64,000 nucleotides of DNA from an uncultured Planctomycetota bacterium (GCA_963845755.1 CAWJTV010000030.1:96001-160000), one strand, 5' to 3'; shown: positions 22,020 to 33,978, counted from the stretch's first letter. The notes: a model not told the origin generated them from the sequence alone. Translations and numbers: made by a program.

Positions 22020-24216
22020 ATGGCAACCGTCTCCTTGGCGATGGTTTGGCACCAGCATCAGCCGTATTATCCGGATGATCTGGCTGGAGAGAACCCGATG
22101 CCGTGGGTGCGGCTCCATGCGACCAAAGATTACCTCGGCATGGCCCTGCATCTCGAAGAAGTCCCCGAGTTCCGTTGCACGATCAACCTGGTTCCGAGCC
22201 TGCTGACCCAGCTCGAAGCCTACGTTGGGGGGGCCAGCGACACCCACTTGAAGCTCTCGCGCCGACCGGCGGATGGACTGAACCACGATGATGCCTGCGG
22301 GATCCTCGACAACTTCTTCATGGCCTTCCCGGATTCCATGATCCGGCCCCACGCTGCGCTATCAGGAGTTGTACGGGCTTCGGTCCTCGTGGAACAACTC
22401 GGCCAGGCAGGCACTGGGACGATTCCGCCCCCGCGATCTCCGCGACCTTCAGGTCTGGTCGAACCTGGCGTGGGTCCATCCGCTCATCTTCGAGAAGGAC
22501 CCGGAGCTTGCCGACTTCAAGGCCAAGGGTCGGTACTACACCGAGGAGGAGAAGCAGTGGTTCCTGGACAAGCAGCGCGCGCTTCTGGCTCGAGTGATCC
22601 CACTGCATCGCGAGCTGGCCGAACGGGGCCAGGTGGAGCTCACGACGACGCCGTATTATCACCCCATCCTGCCCTTGCTCCTCGACAAGACGCTGGCGCG
22701 TGAGGCCATGCCGGACGTGACGCTCCCGGCATACCGCGGCGGCTACTCGGAAGACGCGGCCGTCCACGTGCGCCGGGCGATCGAAAGCCATGCCGTGAGA
22801 TTCGGCGATCGGCCGCGTGGCCTGTGGCCGAGCGAGGGCTCGGTCTGCCAGGCGTTGATCCCGCTCCTTGCCGAGCACGGCATCGGCTGGATCGCGACCG
22901 ATGAAGAGATCCTCGCTTGCTCGACGCATGGCCTGGTCGGCCGCGACAGCCGGGGCCATGTGCGCAACCCGGATCGATTGTACCGACCCTGGAAGGTGCG
23001 CGAGGCCGAGTCGGAGCTGGCCATCATCTTTCGCGACCATTCGATGTCGGACCAGATCGGGTTCCACTATCAGCGCAGCCCGGGCCCGGTCGCCGCGGGC
23101 GACTTCTTCGGCAAGCTCCACGCCATCGGTGAGGCATGCCGACACGACCCGGCCACCCTGGTCCCGGTCATCCTTGACGGCGAGAACTGCTGGGAGTACT
23201 ACCCCGATGGCGGCGTCTCGTTCCTGCGCTCGCTCTACCAGGGGGCCGTTCGCGATCCTCGGGTCCGGCCCGTTCGCGTTGATGAATTCTTACGCGAGCA
23301 TCCGCCGCGGGATGCGGACACGATCCAACGCCTCTTCGCGGGGAGCTGGATCAGCCACAATTTCGCCATCTGGATCGGTCATCCCGAGGATAACCGCGGC
23401 TGGGACGAGCTGCACGCCGCGCGGGAGTTCCTGGTCGCCGAGCAACGTACGGGCCGGCACGATGCGGCCACGATGGAACGCGCCTGGGAGGAGATCTACA
23501 TCGCCGAGGGCTCCGATTGGTTCTGGTGGTACGGAGACGATCACTCGAGCGCCCTGGACGGACTGTTCGACCATCTCTTCCGCAAGCACCTGCGGAACGT
23601 CTACGTGCTGCTGGGCTGCGACCCACCCGGCTCGCTGTTCACTCCGATCTCGCGCGGAGTGGCCCATCGCCCGCCCCACGATCAGCCGGTCAGCTTCCTG
23701 AAGGTCAAGCTGGATGGTCGATCGACGTACTTCGAGTGGATCGACGCGGCGCGGTACGCTTGCGGCAACGATCGCGGGACCATGACCCTCGTCTCCCGGG
23801 GCGTTCTCCGAACGATCTGGTTCGGCTTCGACGCCGAACGGCTCCTGATCCGCGTCGACACGGAGGGCGGACCGGCACGCGAACGGCTCGCCGAGGCCGA
23901 TCGCTTGCGGATCGGCTTCGTCGACCCGGCGGACACCGAGATCCTCGTCACGGATCCCGGCATGCCGCGACCGGCCGCCTACCTGAATCGTCCCGGCCAG
24001 CCGGCGGCCAACGGCCCCACGGTCCAGGTCGCGACCGCGACCATCCTCGAGCTCGCCGTGCCGTTCGCCCGCCTGGACCGCCACCCTGGCGACCCGGTCC
24101 GCTTCTACGTGGAGCTGCTCAAGGGCGACTCGAGCCTCGACCGGGCACCTCGCGAGGGAATCCTCGAACTGGAGACGCCCTCACGCGACTTCGAACAGAT
24201 CATGTGGCAGGTTTAG
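22020..24216 (+). CDS. Glycoside hydrolase family 57 (amylopullulanase-like; frameshift near 22350)
   Basis: 'WHQHQPYY', '[11 protein letters not shown]', 'HPILPLL', 'GLWPSEGS', 'LDGENCWE', 'AEGSDWFWW'. Confidence 0.9.
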
Positions 24217-24221
24217 GGGGC

Positions 24222-24445
24222 AATTCGAGATTCCGGATTCGAGATTCCCGACAAAAGGGGTAATTCGAGATTCCGGATTCGAGATTCCCGACAAAAGGGG
24301 TAATTCGAGATTCCGGATTCGAGATTCCGGATTCGAGATTCCGGATTCGAGATTCCGGATTCGAGATGTGGGATTTATAGATTTAATTTCATATATATTA
24401 TAGATCGGGTTTTGATTCTCGAATCCGGAATCTCGAATCCGGAAT
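24222..24445. repeat. Inverted heptamer-arm element (GATTCGA/GATTCCG) with a tandem 40-bp duplication and AT-rich core
   Basis: AATTCGAGATTCCGGATTCGAGATTCCCGACAAAAGGGGT x2, then a 14-mer array to ~24367, an AT-rich spacer, and the inverted arm TCTCGAATCCGGAATCTCGAATCCGGAAT (24417-45). Confidence 0.9.
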
Positions 24446-24513
24446 TATGAACCCTCGATCCGAATCGTACTGATCGACTCAGTCCTGCTGGAGATGGGGA
24501 GGAGCCAGACATC

Positions 24514-25584
24514 ATGCCCGAGTTGCGTAAAGACCCGATCGTCGGCCGCTGGGTGATCATCGCGCACGAGCGGGCCAAGCGTCCTCACGACTTCCGCTCG
24601 GAGATTGCGCCGGGCGAGGTCGGGGCGGTCTGCCCGTTCTGCGAAGGGCACGAGGATAAGACGCCGCCCGAGATCCTCGCCTATCGCGATTTCGGCTCGC
24701 AGCCGAACCGACCGGGATGGCGGATCCGCGTGGTCCCCAACCGGTTCCCCGCCCTGAAGATCGAGGGCAACCTGAACAAGCGCGGCGATGGCATCTACGA
24801 TATGATGGCCGGCATCGGCGCCCACGAGGTCATCATTGAGAGCCCGGAACACCACAAGAGCATGGCGACCCTCCGCGAGGAGAATATCCGCGAGGTCCTC
24901 TGGGTCTACCGCGATCGGCTGGTCGACTTGAAGAAGGACAACCGACTGGTCCACGGCATGTTGTTCAAGAACGTCGGAGCCGCGGGCGGAGCGAGCCTGG
25001 AGCACACCCACAGCCAACTGATCGTCACGCCGATCGTGCCGATCTCCGTCTGGGAGGAGATGACCGGCTCCCTCGAGTTCTTCCACTACCGGGGCCGTTG
25101 CATCTACTGCGACATGGTGCAGCAGGAGCTCGCCTTCGAGAAGCGCATCGTCCTGGATTCGCACCACTTCACGGCGTTCTGTCCCTACGCCAGCCGGTTC
25201 CCGTTCGAGACCTGGATCGTCCCCAAGACTCACTCCAGCCACTTCGAGAACATCCCCAAGCCGGCCGTCGACGACCTTGGCCATGTCCTCCACCAGGTCG
25301 TGAACAAGCTGGAGACGGCCCTCGACAGCCCCGCTTACAACTACATCATCCACACGGCGCCGTTTGACCACGGAGAGATGCCGCATTACCATTGGCACAT
25401 CGAGATCATCCCCCGGCTGACGAAGGTGGCCGGGTTCGAGTGGGGGTCGGGCTTCTACATCAATCCCGTGCCGCCCGAGAACGCGGCCGGCTTCTTGCGC
25501 GAGGTCGAGGTCAGCCACCCCGTTCATTCGAGGCCGGCAACCGCGGAACGCGGCACGGTGGAACTTCGACACGTATCGGTCTAG
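24514..25584 (+). CDS. galT: GalT-family hexose-1-phosphate nucleotidyltransferase
   Basis: 'ELRKDP...WVII...RAKRP', 'CPFCEG', 'VVPNRFPAL', '[10 protein letters not shown]', 'HWHIEIIPR'. Confidence 0.88.
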   Translation: MPELRKDPIVGRWVIIAHERAKRPHDFRSEIAPGEVGAVCPFCEGHEDKTPPEILAYRDFGSQPNRPGWRIRVVPNRFPALKIEGNLNKRGDGIYDMMAGIGAHEVIIESPEHHKSMATLREENIREVLWVYRDRLVDLKKDNRLVHGMLFKNVGAAGGASLEHTHSQLIVTPIVPISVWEEMTGSLEFFHYRGRCIYCDMVQQELAFEKRIVLDSHHFTAFCPYASRFPFETWIVPKTHSSHFENIPKPAVDDLGHVLHQVVNKLETALDSPAYNYIIHTAPFDHGEMPHYHWHIEIIPRLTKVAGFEWGSGFYINPVPPENAAGFLREVEVSHPVHSRPATAERGTVELRHVSV

Positions 25585-25605
25585 CAGCATTGAGCGAGGA
25601 CGAGG

Positions 25606-27822
25606 ATGTCGCAGGTCCGTCTGATCCTGGCGTTGCACAATCACCAGCCGGTCGGCAATTTCGACGGGGTCTTCGAGGACGCCTACCGGACGAGCTATCT
25701 CCCGTTCCTGGACGTCCTGGAGGGTTATCCGGAGATCTCGTTCGCGCTGCACACTTCGGGTCCGCTGCTGGAATGGTTCGTCGAGCGGCACCCGGAGTAC
25801 ATCGTGCGGCTGCGTCGGCTGGTGGAATCGGGCCGCGTGGAAATCCTCGGTGGTGGGTTTTTCGAGCCAATCTTGACGATGATCCCGCACCGGGACCGGG
25901 TGGGGCAGATTCGCGGCTACTCGCGTCACCTGGAGGACCTCCTGGGTGCCCGAGTCCGCGGCATGTGGATCGCCGAACGGGTGTGGGAGCAGGCGCTGGT
26001 CTCCTCGATCGCCGAGGCGGGGATCGAATACACGATCCTCGATGATTGCCACTTCCTCCGCGCGGGCTACTTGGCGGACGACGTGCTGGGATACTTCCTC
26101 ACGGAGGACGACGGCCGACTGCTGAGGGTCTTTCCCGGCTCCGAGCCGCTCCGATACATGATCCCGTTCCAGGAGCCCCACGCGACCTACGAATTCCTTC
26201 GCAAGCTGGCCGAGCGACGGCCCGGCTCGACCATCGTGTTCGCCGACGACGGCGAGAAGTTCGGGTCCTGGCCCAAGACCTACGATCACGTTTATCGGAA
26301 CGGTTGGCTGACGCATTTCTGCGACATGCTCCTGGCGAACCGGGACTGGCTGGAGACGACGACCTTCGCGCGAGCGCTGGACGTCTCGCTCCCCTCCGGG
26401 AAGGTCTACCTGCCGGACGGTTCGTACCGGGAGATGACCGAATGGTCGCTGTGGCCGGAGGCGTTAGCTGCGTATCGCCTCGGGGCGCGGCATCTGGCCG
26501 CGATGCCCGATGCCGGAGAGATCGAACGGTTCTTCCGGCCGGGCGGCTACTGGCGGAACTTCCGGGCGAAATATGACGAATGCGACGAGATGTATGCTCG
26601 AATGATGGCCGTCTCGCGCCGACTGGCGACCCTGGAGGCGGGCGGCGGCGCCGACCCGGATTACCTGGAGATCGCGCGGCAGGAACTCTATCGCGGGCAG
26701 TGCAACTGTCCGTACTGGCATGGCTCGTTCGGCGGGTTGTACCTGCCTCATCTCCGGAACGCGATCTACGGAAGCCTGATCGCCGCGGACAACGCCCTGG
26801 ACGACGCCGAGGGCCGGACGGGTCCGCGCGTCGCACTGGAGGTGGGCGACTTCAACTACGATGCGCGTCAAGAGGTCCGGCTGGAGAATGAGCATCTCAT
26901 CGCGATGGTCCGGCCGGCACAGGGGGGGCATCTGTACGAGCTGGACATCCGCCAGAGTACGACGAACCTGCTCGCGACGCTCGACCGCCGCCCCGAGCCT
27001 TACCACGAAGCGATCCGCGAGGCCACCGCGCGACTCGCGAGCGGCCAGGGCCCGGAGAGTGTGACCGACTCACATTCGAACTCCTCCGAACCGATTCGGC
27101 TCAAGCAACAGGGGCTCGACCGGCTGCTCGTCTATGACCGGCATCCCCGCAAGGCGCTGATCGACCATTTCTACCCCGTCGACGTGACGCTTGAGGACCT
27201 GGCCGAATGCCGCCAGGTGGATTGTGGTGATTTCGCGACGGGGACCTACCTGGCTCGCGTCCAGCGCAAGGCGCGGCGTGTTGCGGTGGTGATGGAGCGT
27301 CCGGGCCGCGTCCGCGATCATACGATCCGCATAAGCAAGACGATCGAGCTCAAGGCGGGCTGGCCCGAGCTGGCAATCTCCTACGTGCTCGAGGACCTCC
27401 CACCCGAGGTGTGTTTCCATTTCGCTGTCGAGGTCAACGTGGCAGCGCTGGCCGGCCAGGCACCGGACCGCTATTACTCCGACCTGGCCGGCTCGAACCT
27501 GGGAATGCTCGACGTCCGGCTCGACCTGCCACATACCTCCGGCCTGGCCCTCATCGACGAATGGCGCGATCTTTCCATCCGTCTGGGCTGGTCGCAAGCC
27601 GCTGGGGTCTGGTGTTTTCCGATCGAGACGGTCAGCCAGAGCGAAGGCGGTTACGAAGGAGTTTACCAGTCGTCGGCCGTCATTCCACACTGGCACGTGA
27701 CGGCGGATGAGAGCGGCCGATGGGAAGTCCGGATCCGCTGGGGGATCGAGCGAGCGAAGCCGTCGCCTTCGAGTATGCCCGAACGTCGTACCTTGCTGCC
27801 GGAAGGCGCGGTCAAGGAGTAG
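25606..27822 (+). CDS. GH57 4-alpha-glucanotransferase/alpha-amylase
   Basis: 'HNHQPVGNF', 'GMWIAERVWE', 'DDGEKFGSWP', 'SYREMTEW', 'YWHGSFGGLYLPHLR', 'TVSQSEGG'. Confidence 0.92.
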   Translation: MSQVRLILALHNHQPVGNFDGVFEDAYRTSYLPFLDVLEGYPEISFALHTSGPLLEWFVERHPEYIVRLRRLVESGRVEILGGGFFEPILTMIPHRDRVGQIRGYSRHLEDLLGARVRGMWIAERVWEQALVSSIAEAGIEYTILDDCHFLRAGYLADDVLGYFLTEDDGRLLRVFPGSEPLRYMIPFQEPHATYEFLRKLAERRPGSTIVFADDGEKFGSWPKTYDHVYRNGWLTHFCDMLLANRDWLETTTFARALDVSLPSGKVYLPDGSYREMTEWSLWPEALAAYRLGARHLAAMPDAGEIERFFRPGGYWRNFRAKYDECDEMYARMMAVSRRLATLEAGGGADPDYLEIARQELYRGQCNCPYWHGSFGGLYLPHLRNAIYGSLIAADNALDDAEGRTGPRVALEVGDFNYDARQEVRLENEHLIAMVRPAQGGHLYELDIRQSTTNLLATLDRRPEPYHEAIREATARLASGQGPESVTDSHSNSSEPIRLKQQGLDRLLVYDRHPRKALIDHFYPVDVTLEDLAECRQVDCGDFATGTYLARVQRKARRVAVVMERPGRVRDHTIRISKTIELKAGWPELAISYVLEDLPPEVCFHFAVEVNVAALAGQAPDRYYSDLAGSNLGMLDVRLDLPHTSGLALIDEWRDLSIRLGWSQAAGVWCFPIETVSQSEGGYEGVYQSSAVIPHWHVTADESGRWEVRIRWGIERAKPSPSSMPERRTLLPEGAVKE

Positions 27823-28253
27823 TTAGACCTTACGACTCCCTGGTAATTGCCCTTCCCGCGGCGCCCCCGTCCTCGACGATGAGAACGATCGATTGACAAC
27901 AACGAGCCAAGGGATCGATAGTCATTTCTCGGGTAACCTAACGGTTCGCATACGCCCAAAGCGCGGTACACGCCGAGCTCGCCTTGCGCTAGAAAATCTT
28001 AACAATCCTGCGATCGCGCGCCGGCACTCGCACGCCCTATCTGTTGCTCTCTGGTTCTAACAAGATTAGCCATTTCGATTTGCGAGACGGAACCCCTCAC
28101 GGCATCGGGAGGGCGAGCTCGTTCATTGGATTTTCATCTGGTCTTCGCTGGAACTACACGCGAGATTCAGAGCTAGCAATCTATAATGTCACCCTTAGAC
28201 CGCGATCGCGCGATCGCATCTTTATGCTGAACATCATTACGAGGTTTGCTTCG

Positions 28254-29392
28254 ATGACCCACATCTCGCGTCGGTACGGCCGGCGTGGCTTCACCCTGAT
28301 CGAGCTTTTGGTGGTCATTGCGATCATCGCCGTTCTGATCGCACTGTTGCTTCCCGCCGTGCAATCGGCGCGGGAGGCAGCTCGACGTATCCAGTGTACC
28401 AACAACTTGAAGCAGATGGGTCTGGCCTTCATGAACTATGAGAGTTCGGTCGGTACCTTCCCGCCCACGACGATTTTAGTTCCCACTCCGTCCGGTGCTC
28501 CGGCCACGTGGTACTTCCAGTCGTCCTGGAGTGCTTTCGCACGATCCCTGGGCTACATGGAACAAAGCGCCGCATTTAACGCGATTAACTTCGACTACAC
28601 TTACAGCGACCCGACGAACGTCACCGTCGAAACTCTGACGTTATCCTTCCTGTTCTGTCCGAGCGACCCGGGAGACCACTGGGACGACGCCTCGATGGGT
28701 GGCACGGGCGACGCAACCACAAGTTACGGGACGTGTGACGGTGATTGGTATGTGTGGTCTGTGAACTGGGGCGCCACGAATTCTGTCGGACCGATGAATC
28801 GTTCGCTCTTCGGCCCGAATTACGGCGCCGGATCGCGATGATCACGGACGGAACCAGCAACACACTGGCCGCGGCGGAGGGCTATATCGGTCACGCGCAG
28901 ATGCGGAGTTGTGGCAACACACCCGGACCACCCTCGGACCCCATCACCGGACCGTATTCGTTCACCAACATCCCGCTTCCCGGGCCGGCCTCGGCCGCGG
29001 CACTGGCTTATCAGATCCAGAATTGCGGTACTGGCACTGGCAAAGTCAAAGCCGGTGGGCCGATCGGCCACACCCGCTGGGCCAACGGCGGCGTCTATTA
29101 CTCGGGATTCACCACGGCCATGCCGCCAAACCAGACGGTCTCGACCGTCAGCCGGGCTACCGGCACCGCCGACGCCGGCCGCAACATCGCGATGGACTGG
29201 GACTGGGTTGACGAGAACGACGGCGGGCCGACCTATATGTCCTTGTCGGCCAGTAGCTACCATCCAGGCGGCATCAATGCCCTCTTCGCCGACGGCAGCG
29301 TGCACTGGGTCAAGAATTCGGTAAATCCCGTCACCTGGCGTGGTCTCGGCACCATCGCCGGGGGGGAAGTGATCAGCTCAGATTCGTATTGA
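28254..29392 (+). CDS. DUF1559 prepilin-type N-terminal cleavage/methylation protein (frameshift near 28825)
   Basis: '[43 protein letters not shown]', 'CPSD', 'ITDGTSNT', '[14 protein letters not shown]'. Confidence 0.93.
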
Positions 29393-29501
29393 TCGAGGCG
29401 ATTCGCGCACGGCGGAGGGCGGGAGGTTGCGACCTCGAACACCCGGTTCTCTCCCACGATCCGCCACGCGACACCCATTCACACGTCGGAGGTATCTTTA
29501 G

Positions 29502-29918
29502 ATGTCGAATGGTGCCCAAAGGGTTGTTGTCTCGCTGCTCGCTTCCGTCGTCCTCGTTCCCTGCTGGGGCTGCGGGACCGCCGGAAGCGGGGCGCAGCCC
29601 GACCTGATCCCTGTGAAAGGCAAGGTGACCTACAAGGGTAAGCCCGTAACCAAGGGCAAAGTGATGTTCGAGCCGGATGGTTACGGCCGGCCGGCTGGTG
29701 GCCAACTCCAATCGGATGGAACATATGTGCTCGGGACTCATAAAGAGGGGGATGGCGTGGTCGCCGGCCATCACCAGGTTTCAATCAGCGGCACCGGTAG
29801 CCATCCCGCGAAGGAAGTCATCCCCAAGAAATACACGCAGAGGGCGAGTTCGAAGCTCGTGGCCGATGTGGACGCGGAACACACCGAATTCGGCTTCGAC
29901 CTCAAGGACGGAAAGTAA
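29502..29918 (+). CDS. Lipoprotein, usual DUF1559 companion
   Basis: Signal ending 'WGCG'; 'VKGKVTYKGKP', 'DGTY', 'IPKKY'. Confidence 0.8.
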   Translation: MSNGAQRVVVSLLASVVLVPCWGCGTAGSGAQPDLIPVKGKVTYKGKPVTKGKVMFEPDGYGRPAGGQLQSDGTYVLGTHKEGDGVVAGHHQVSISGTGSHPAKEVIPKKYTQRASSKLVADVDAEHTEFGFDLKDGK

Positions 29919-29984
29919 GCTGAAGCTCGTCTTGAATGTCGCCCCGACGCCTCCCTCCTGATAACCCTCCCTGGACCTCGCACC

Positions 29985-31033
29985 ATGATAATTCGCTCCA
30001 GCCGACCAATCGCATTCGCCCTGATCCTGGGGACCATTGTCGTCTCGCCGGCGATCGGACGAGCGGACGACTTCCATCTCGAATCCGTGTCGCTCCCCAG
30101 GCCGCTGATCCAGGACGGGAAGGTGGATGGTGTGATCGAGGCTTCGGGCGTCGAGCCGATCGGCGACGGCCATCGGATCCTGGTCGCGCATGACAAGCAC
30201 CCGGCGTTGTTCGTAGTTGACGTCGCGACCGGCAGGATCCTGGGCGCACCGATCACTTCGCCGAAGTTCCCTGAGCCGTCGAAGCTCGGGGGCCCGAAAT
30301 GGGAAGGCATGGCACGCGATTCGGAAGGGAACTATTACCTCATCGGCGCTCATGTCGGCAAATCGGACGAAGAGCGGGCCAGCAAGAGCGTCCTGCTTCG
30401 CTTTCGCCTTACGGAGACCGATCAACCGACGATCGACGACAGGTCGGTCGTCCGCTGGGACATCGCGCACTCGCTGGAGTCGGCGCTGAAGCGCAGGGGC
30501 TCCCCGAGGCCGAGGTCGGCAAGCGCAAGATCGAGGGCCTGGCCATTCGCGAGAGCAAGAAAGCCGATGGCTCAGCCGGTCGAGAGTTGATCATCGGTCT
30601 GCGGGCCCCGACCGACAAGGTGCGCGCCTTCAATGCCGACATCTCCGCGTCACCATCGCCCGGCGCCGAGCTCGAGCTCAAGCCGCTCTTCAGTTTCGAG
30701 GCCGAATCTCGGGAGGGCTTTACGTCCGAGCTGACCTCGCTCGAGTATGTGCCCCAGCTCGGAGGGTTCCTCGTCGTCACCGCGAGCGAGGACGAAAACA
30801 ACACCTTCCACGGCAATACTCTCTACTTCGTCGCGGACGGCGAGACGAGTCGCGCCCGGAAGATCGCGACGTTCGAGGTCGCCATGAAGGCCGAGGGACT
30901 CGCTATACTCGCCGCCGAGAAGGACGGGGCGAAGACGGCGGTTAAGCTCCTGATCACGTTCGACAACGACCCCCACGCCACCAAGATCCCCAGCCGGTTC
31001 CAGACGGCGACCCTGATCCGGGAATCGCGCTGA
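29985..31033 (+). CDS. Secreted DUF3616-like/beta-propeller protein (frameshift near 30495)
   Basis: Signal peptide; repeated 'EASGV', 'WEGMA', 'IEGLA', 'KAEGLA'; 'IGLRAP'. Confidence 0.55.
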
Positions 31034-31377
31034 GGGTCGAATCTCCAACGGTCCGGATTAGCGGTCCCGAGCCTTGATGATCACGTTCTTGTCGGCCTGG
31101 GCGGAAATTCGGTATTGCCGTCTGACCGCTTCGACGAGCGTGAGTTGAAGCGGCGAAGCAGGGGTGACGGTCCGGAGCCGGTTCAAGATCAAAGGCTCGA
31201 TGGCGGGCGTGGTCGTCGGGGGGAGCGAACCATCCCGATACATCTCCTCGGCCTCGCCCGGATGCCGGGCCTTCCCAGTGAAGATAAGGCGGAGGATCGG
31301 ATCGTCGGTCACACCAGGAATGTCGTCAACTTGGGGAGTCATCTCAAATCCTTCCGGCCGTGAGCGAAGCCGGTTTC

Positions 31378-32334
31378 TCAATTCACGACGTTCGTTGGCC
31401 GGCCTTCGAGGAAGTTTGCGATATTGGCCACGGTCGCTTCCATGAGCCGGCCGCGTGCCTCCGCAGCCGCCCAGGCGATGTGGGGCGTGATCAGGCAGTT
31501 GGGCGCCTTGAGTAAAGGATTCTCAGGCCGGATCGGCTCGACGGCGACCACGTCCAGACCGGCGCCGGCCAGCCGGCCGGAGGCCAGCGCTTCGGCGAGG
31601 TCTGCCTCAATCACCAGCGGTCCACGCGCCGTGTTGATCAGCATCGCGCCCGGCTTGACCCGCATCAGCCGTTCGCGGTTGACCAGCCCGGCGGTTTGCG
31701 GCGTCAGGGGAGAATGCAGACTGATCACGTCGGCACGGGTGAAGAGATCGTCCAGTTCGCACCACCTGGCCGCGCGGTCGTCGGTCTCCGGCCACTTGTA
31801 GACGTCATGGGCGATCAGGTTCATGCCGAAGGCGCGGGCGATCTCGCCCACGCGACGGCCGATCCGCCCATAACCGACCAGCCCCATCGTCTTGCCGGCC
31901 AGCTCGATCAGGGGCGTTTTCCGCAGGGAGAAATCCGGCTGCCTGGTCCACTCGCCTGCCCGGACTGCGGAGTCATGCAACGCGACATGATGGCAGAGCT
32001 CCAGTAACAAGGCGAAGACGTACTGAGCGACGGCATCCGTGCCGTATTCCGGCACGTTCGCGACGGGGATGCCGCGCCGGCGGGCAGCGGCGATATCGAC
32101 GCAGTCGAAGCCCGTCGCGGTGAGCGTGATGAACCGGAGGTCCGGCAGAGCGTCGATCAGCTCGGCGCGGATCGGCGACTTGTTAACCACCAGCACCGCC
32201 GCGCCCGCGGATCGCGACCGGACCTCCTCGGGCGTGCTGTACTTGTAGACCTCGACCTCACCCAGTCTGTCGAGTCCGGCCCACGCCTCGCGATCCTCGC
32301 CCATCGGGCGTCCATCCAGTACGACAATCTTCAT
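31378..32334 (-). CDS. D-2-hydroxyacid (glycerate-type) dehydrogenase
   Basis: 'GLVGYGRIG', 'SLHSPLT', 'LINTARG', 'GLDV', 'ITPHIAW'. Confidence 0.93.
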   Translation of the reverse strand: MKIVVLDGRPMGEDREAWAGLDRLGEVEVYKYSTPEEVRSRSAGAAVLVVNKSPIRAELIDALPDLRFITLTATGFDCVDIAAARRRGIPVANVPEYGTDAVAQYVFALLLELCHHVALHDSAVRAGEWTRQPDFSLRKTPLIELAGKTMGLVGYGRIGRRVGEIARAFGMNLIAHDVYKWPETDDRAARWCELDDLFTRADVISLHSPLTPQTAGLVNRERLMRVKPGAMLINTARGPLVIEADLAEALASGRLAGAGLDVVAVEPIRPENPLLKAPNCLITPHIAWAAAEARGRLMEATVANIANFLEGRPTNVVN

Positions 32335-32643
32335 GGCGATTCGATCTCGGGAGTTGGGAATGGTTGCAGGCAGCCTCTCCGTACATTTTAACCGAGCCGG
32401 TGCTGTGAAGGGACGCCCGACCGCCCGAGAGAGCGCGCGACTTCCGACCCGCCCCGTGGCGACTCGACTTGACCAAATGTCTGACCATATCGAACAATAC
32501 GATCATGGACGGTCGGTTTCCGGCGTCGCGTTGAGAAGGACAGGCCCGTCATCCACGGAGCAGGCGAGTGCCCCGTAGGAAACGGATCCCCCCCTCCCCT
32601 GCCCTCGACGACGCCGGCCGGGTCGGACTCCCGAGAGGCAGGC

Positions 32644-33978
32644 ATGTCAGAGACTTCATCCCCATCCGCGACGTGTTCTCCGGCCGAGAAGGTCAAGCAG
32701 TTCCCGACCACGCCGGGCCTCTACCTGATGAAGGACGCCCACGGGCGCGTCATCTATATTGGCAAAGCCAAGAACCTGCGGAGCCGGGCGGGCTCATATT
32801 TCCACAAGGGGGCCTCCGAGGACCGACGGATCTGCGAGTGGATCGGCGAAGTGGCCGACGTCGAGTTCCTCTCCGCGGATAGCGAGGTCGACGCGGTCCT
32901 GATGGAGGCCCGACTGATCAAGGACATCCAGCCCAAGTACAATCGCGACCTCAAGGATGATAAGAGCTTCCCGTACTTGCAAATCACCGTCGGAGAAGAC
33001 TTTCCGCAGGTGAATTTCACCCGCGAGCCGCGCGATCAAGGGGTCAAGCTCTACGGGCCCTTTCCGCGTGCCAAGACGCTTCGTGGCGCCCTCCATGTCC
33101 TCCAGCGGATCTTCAAGTTCCGCAATTGCTCTCTGGACATCGAAGAAGGCGATCCGCGCTGGCGGTGGTTTCGTCCGTGTTTGCTCCACTCGATTAACCA
33201 ATGCACAGCGCCCTGTAACCTGCGGATCGATCGGGAGTCCTATCGCGCCGACATCCGCCGCTTGCAGATGTTCCTCGACGGCAAGAAAGACGTCTTGCTC
33301 AAGGAGATGGAGGAGGAGATGCGCGCGGCGAGCAAGGAGCTGCGCTTCGAGAAAGCGGCGAGGCTCCGCGACGAGATCAAGGCCCTCCAGACCCTCAACC
33401 TGCGGGGCAACCTCGCCCGGCATGCCCAGCCCGAAGTCTTCTACGTCGACCCACGTAAAGGGCTCAAGGGCCTCAAGAAGATTCTCAAGCTCGACTCGAT
33501 CCCGCGCACGATCGACGGCCTGGACATCGCGCATCTCGGCGGCACCGAGACAGTCGGCTCGCTGGTCACCTTCATCGACGGCCTGCCGTTCAAACCCGGC
33601 TATCGCCGGTACAAGATCAATGGCGTCGCGGGCGCCGACGATTACGCATCGATTCGCCAGGTCGTCACCAGGCGCATCCAGAGTCTTCAAGAGCGCGACG
33701 AGCCGTTTCCCGATATCTGGCTGATTGACGGCGGCAAGGGGCAGCTCTCCGCCGCACTCGCCGCATTCGATACGCTCAAAGTCGTGCCGCCGACTGTCAT
33801 CGCCCTGGCCAAGCAAGACGAGGAAATCTACTTGCCCGGCCGATCCGATCCGATCGTGTTGAGCCGCCGATCGTTCGCACTCCGCCTCCTGCAATACGTC
33901 CGCGACGAGGCCCACCGGTTCGCCCGGCATTACCATCATCTGCTTCGCAAGAAGCGAACCCTGGGTGACGATGAATGA
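32644..33978 (+). CDS. uvrC: Excinuclease ABC subunit C (short form)
   Basis: GIY-YIG 'GLYLMKD...IYIGKAKNLRSR', UVR 'FEKAARLRD', RNaseH-like 'DIAH', 'LIDGGKGQL', 'RDEAHRFA'. Confidence 0.93.
   Translation: MSETSSPSATCSPAEKVKQFPTTPGLYLMKDAHGRVIYIGKAKNLRSRAGSYFHKGASEDRRICEWIGEVADVEFLSADSEVDAVLMEARLIKDIQPKYNRDLKDDKSFPYLQITVGEDFPQVNFTREPRDQGVKLYGPFPRAKTLRGALHVLQRIFKFRNCSLDIEEGDPRWRWFRPCLLHSINQCTAPCNLRIDRESYRADIRRLQMFLDGKKDVLLKEMEEEMRAASKELRFEKAARLRDEIKALQTLNLRGNLARHAQPEVFYVDPRKGLKGLKKILKLDSIPRTIDGLDIAHLGGTETVGSLVTFIDGLPFKPGYRRYKINGVAGADDYASIRQVVTRRIQSLQERDEPFPDIWLIDGGKGQLSAALAAFDTLKVVPPTVIALAKQDEEIYLPGRSDPIVLSRRSFALRLLQYVRDEAHRFARHYHHLLRKKRTLGDDE

Noticed and set aside
24222..24367. Possible CRISPR array
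   Set aside because: Units are directly tandem with no unique spacers and no cas genes; it is a heptamer-based repeat
27930..28075. Pho-box-like TAAC repeats upstream of the DUF1559 gene
   Set aside because: Spacing between candidate half-sites is inconsistent (9-10 nt) and matches are weak
31058..31381. 107-aa ORF downstream of the dehydrogenase
   Set aside because: No recognisable motif; may be a fragment, so it was not called
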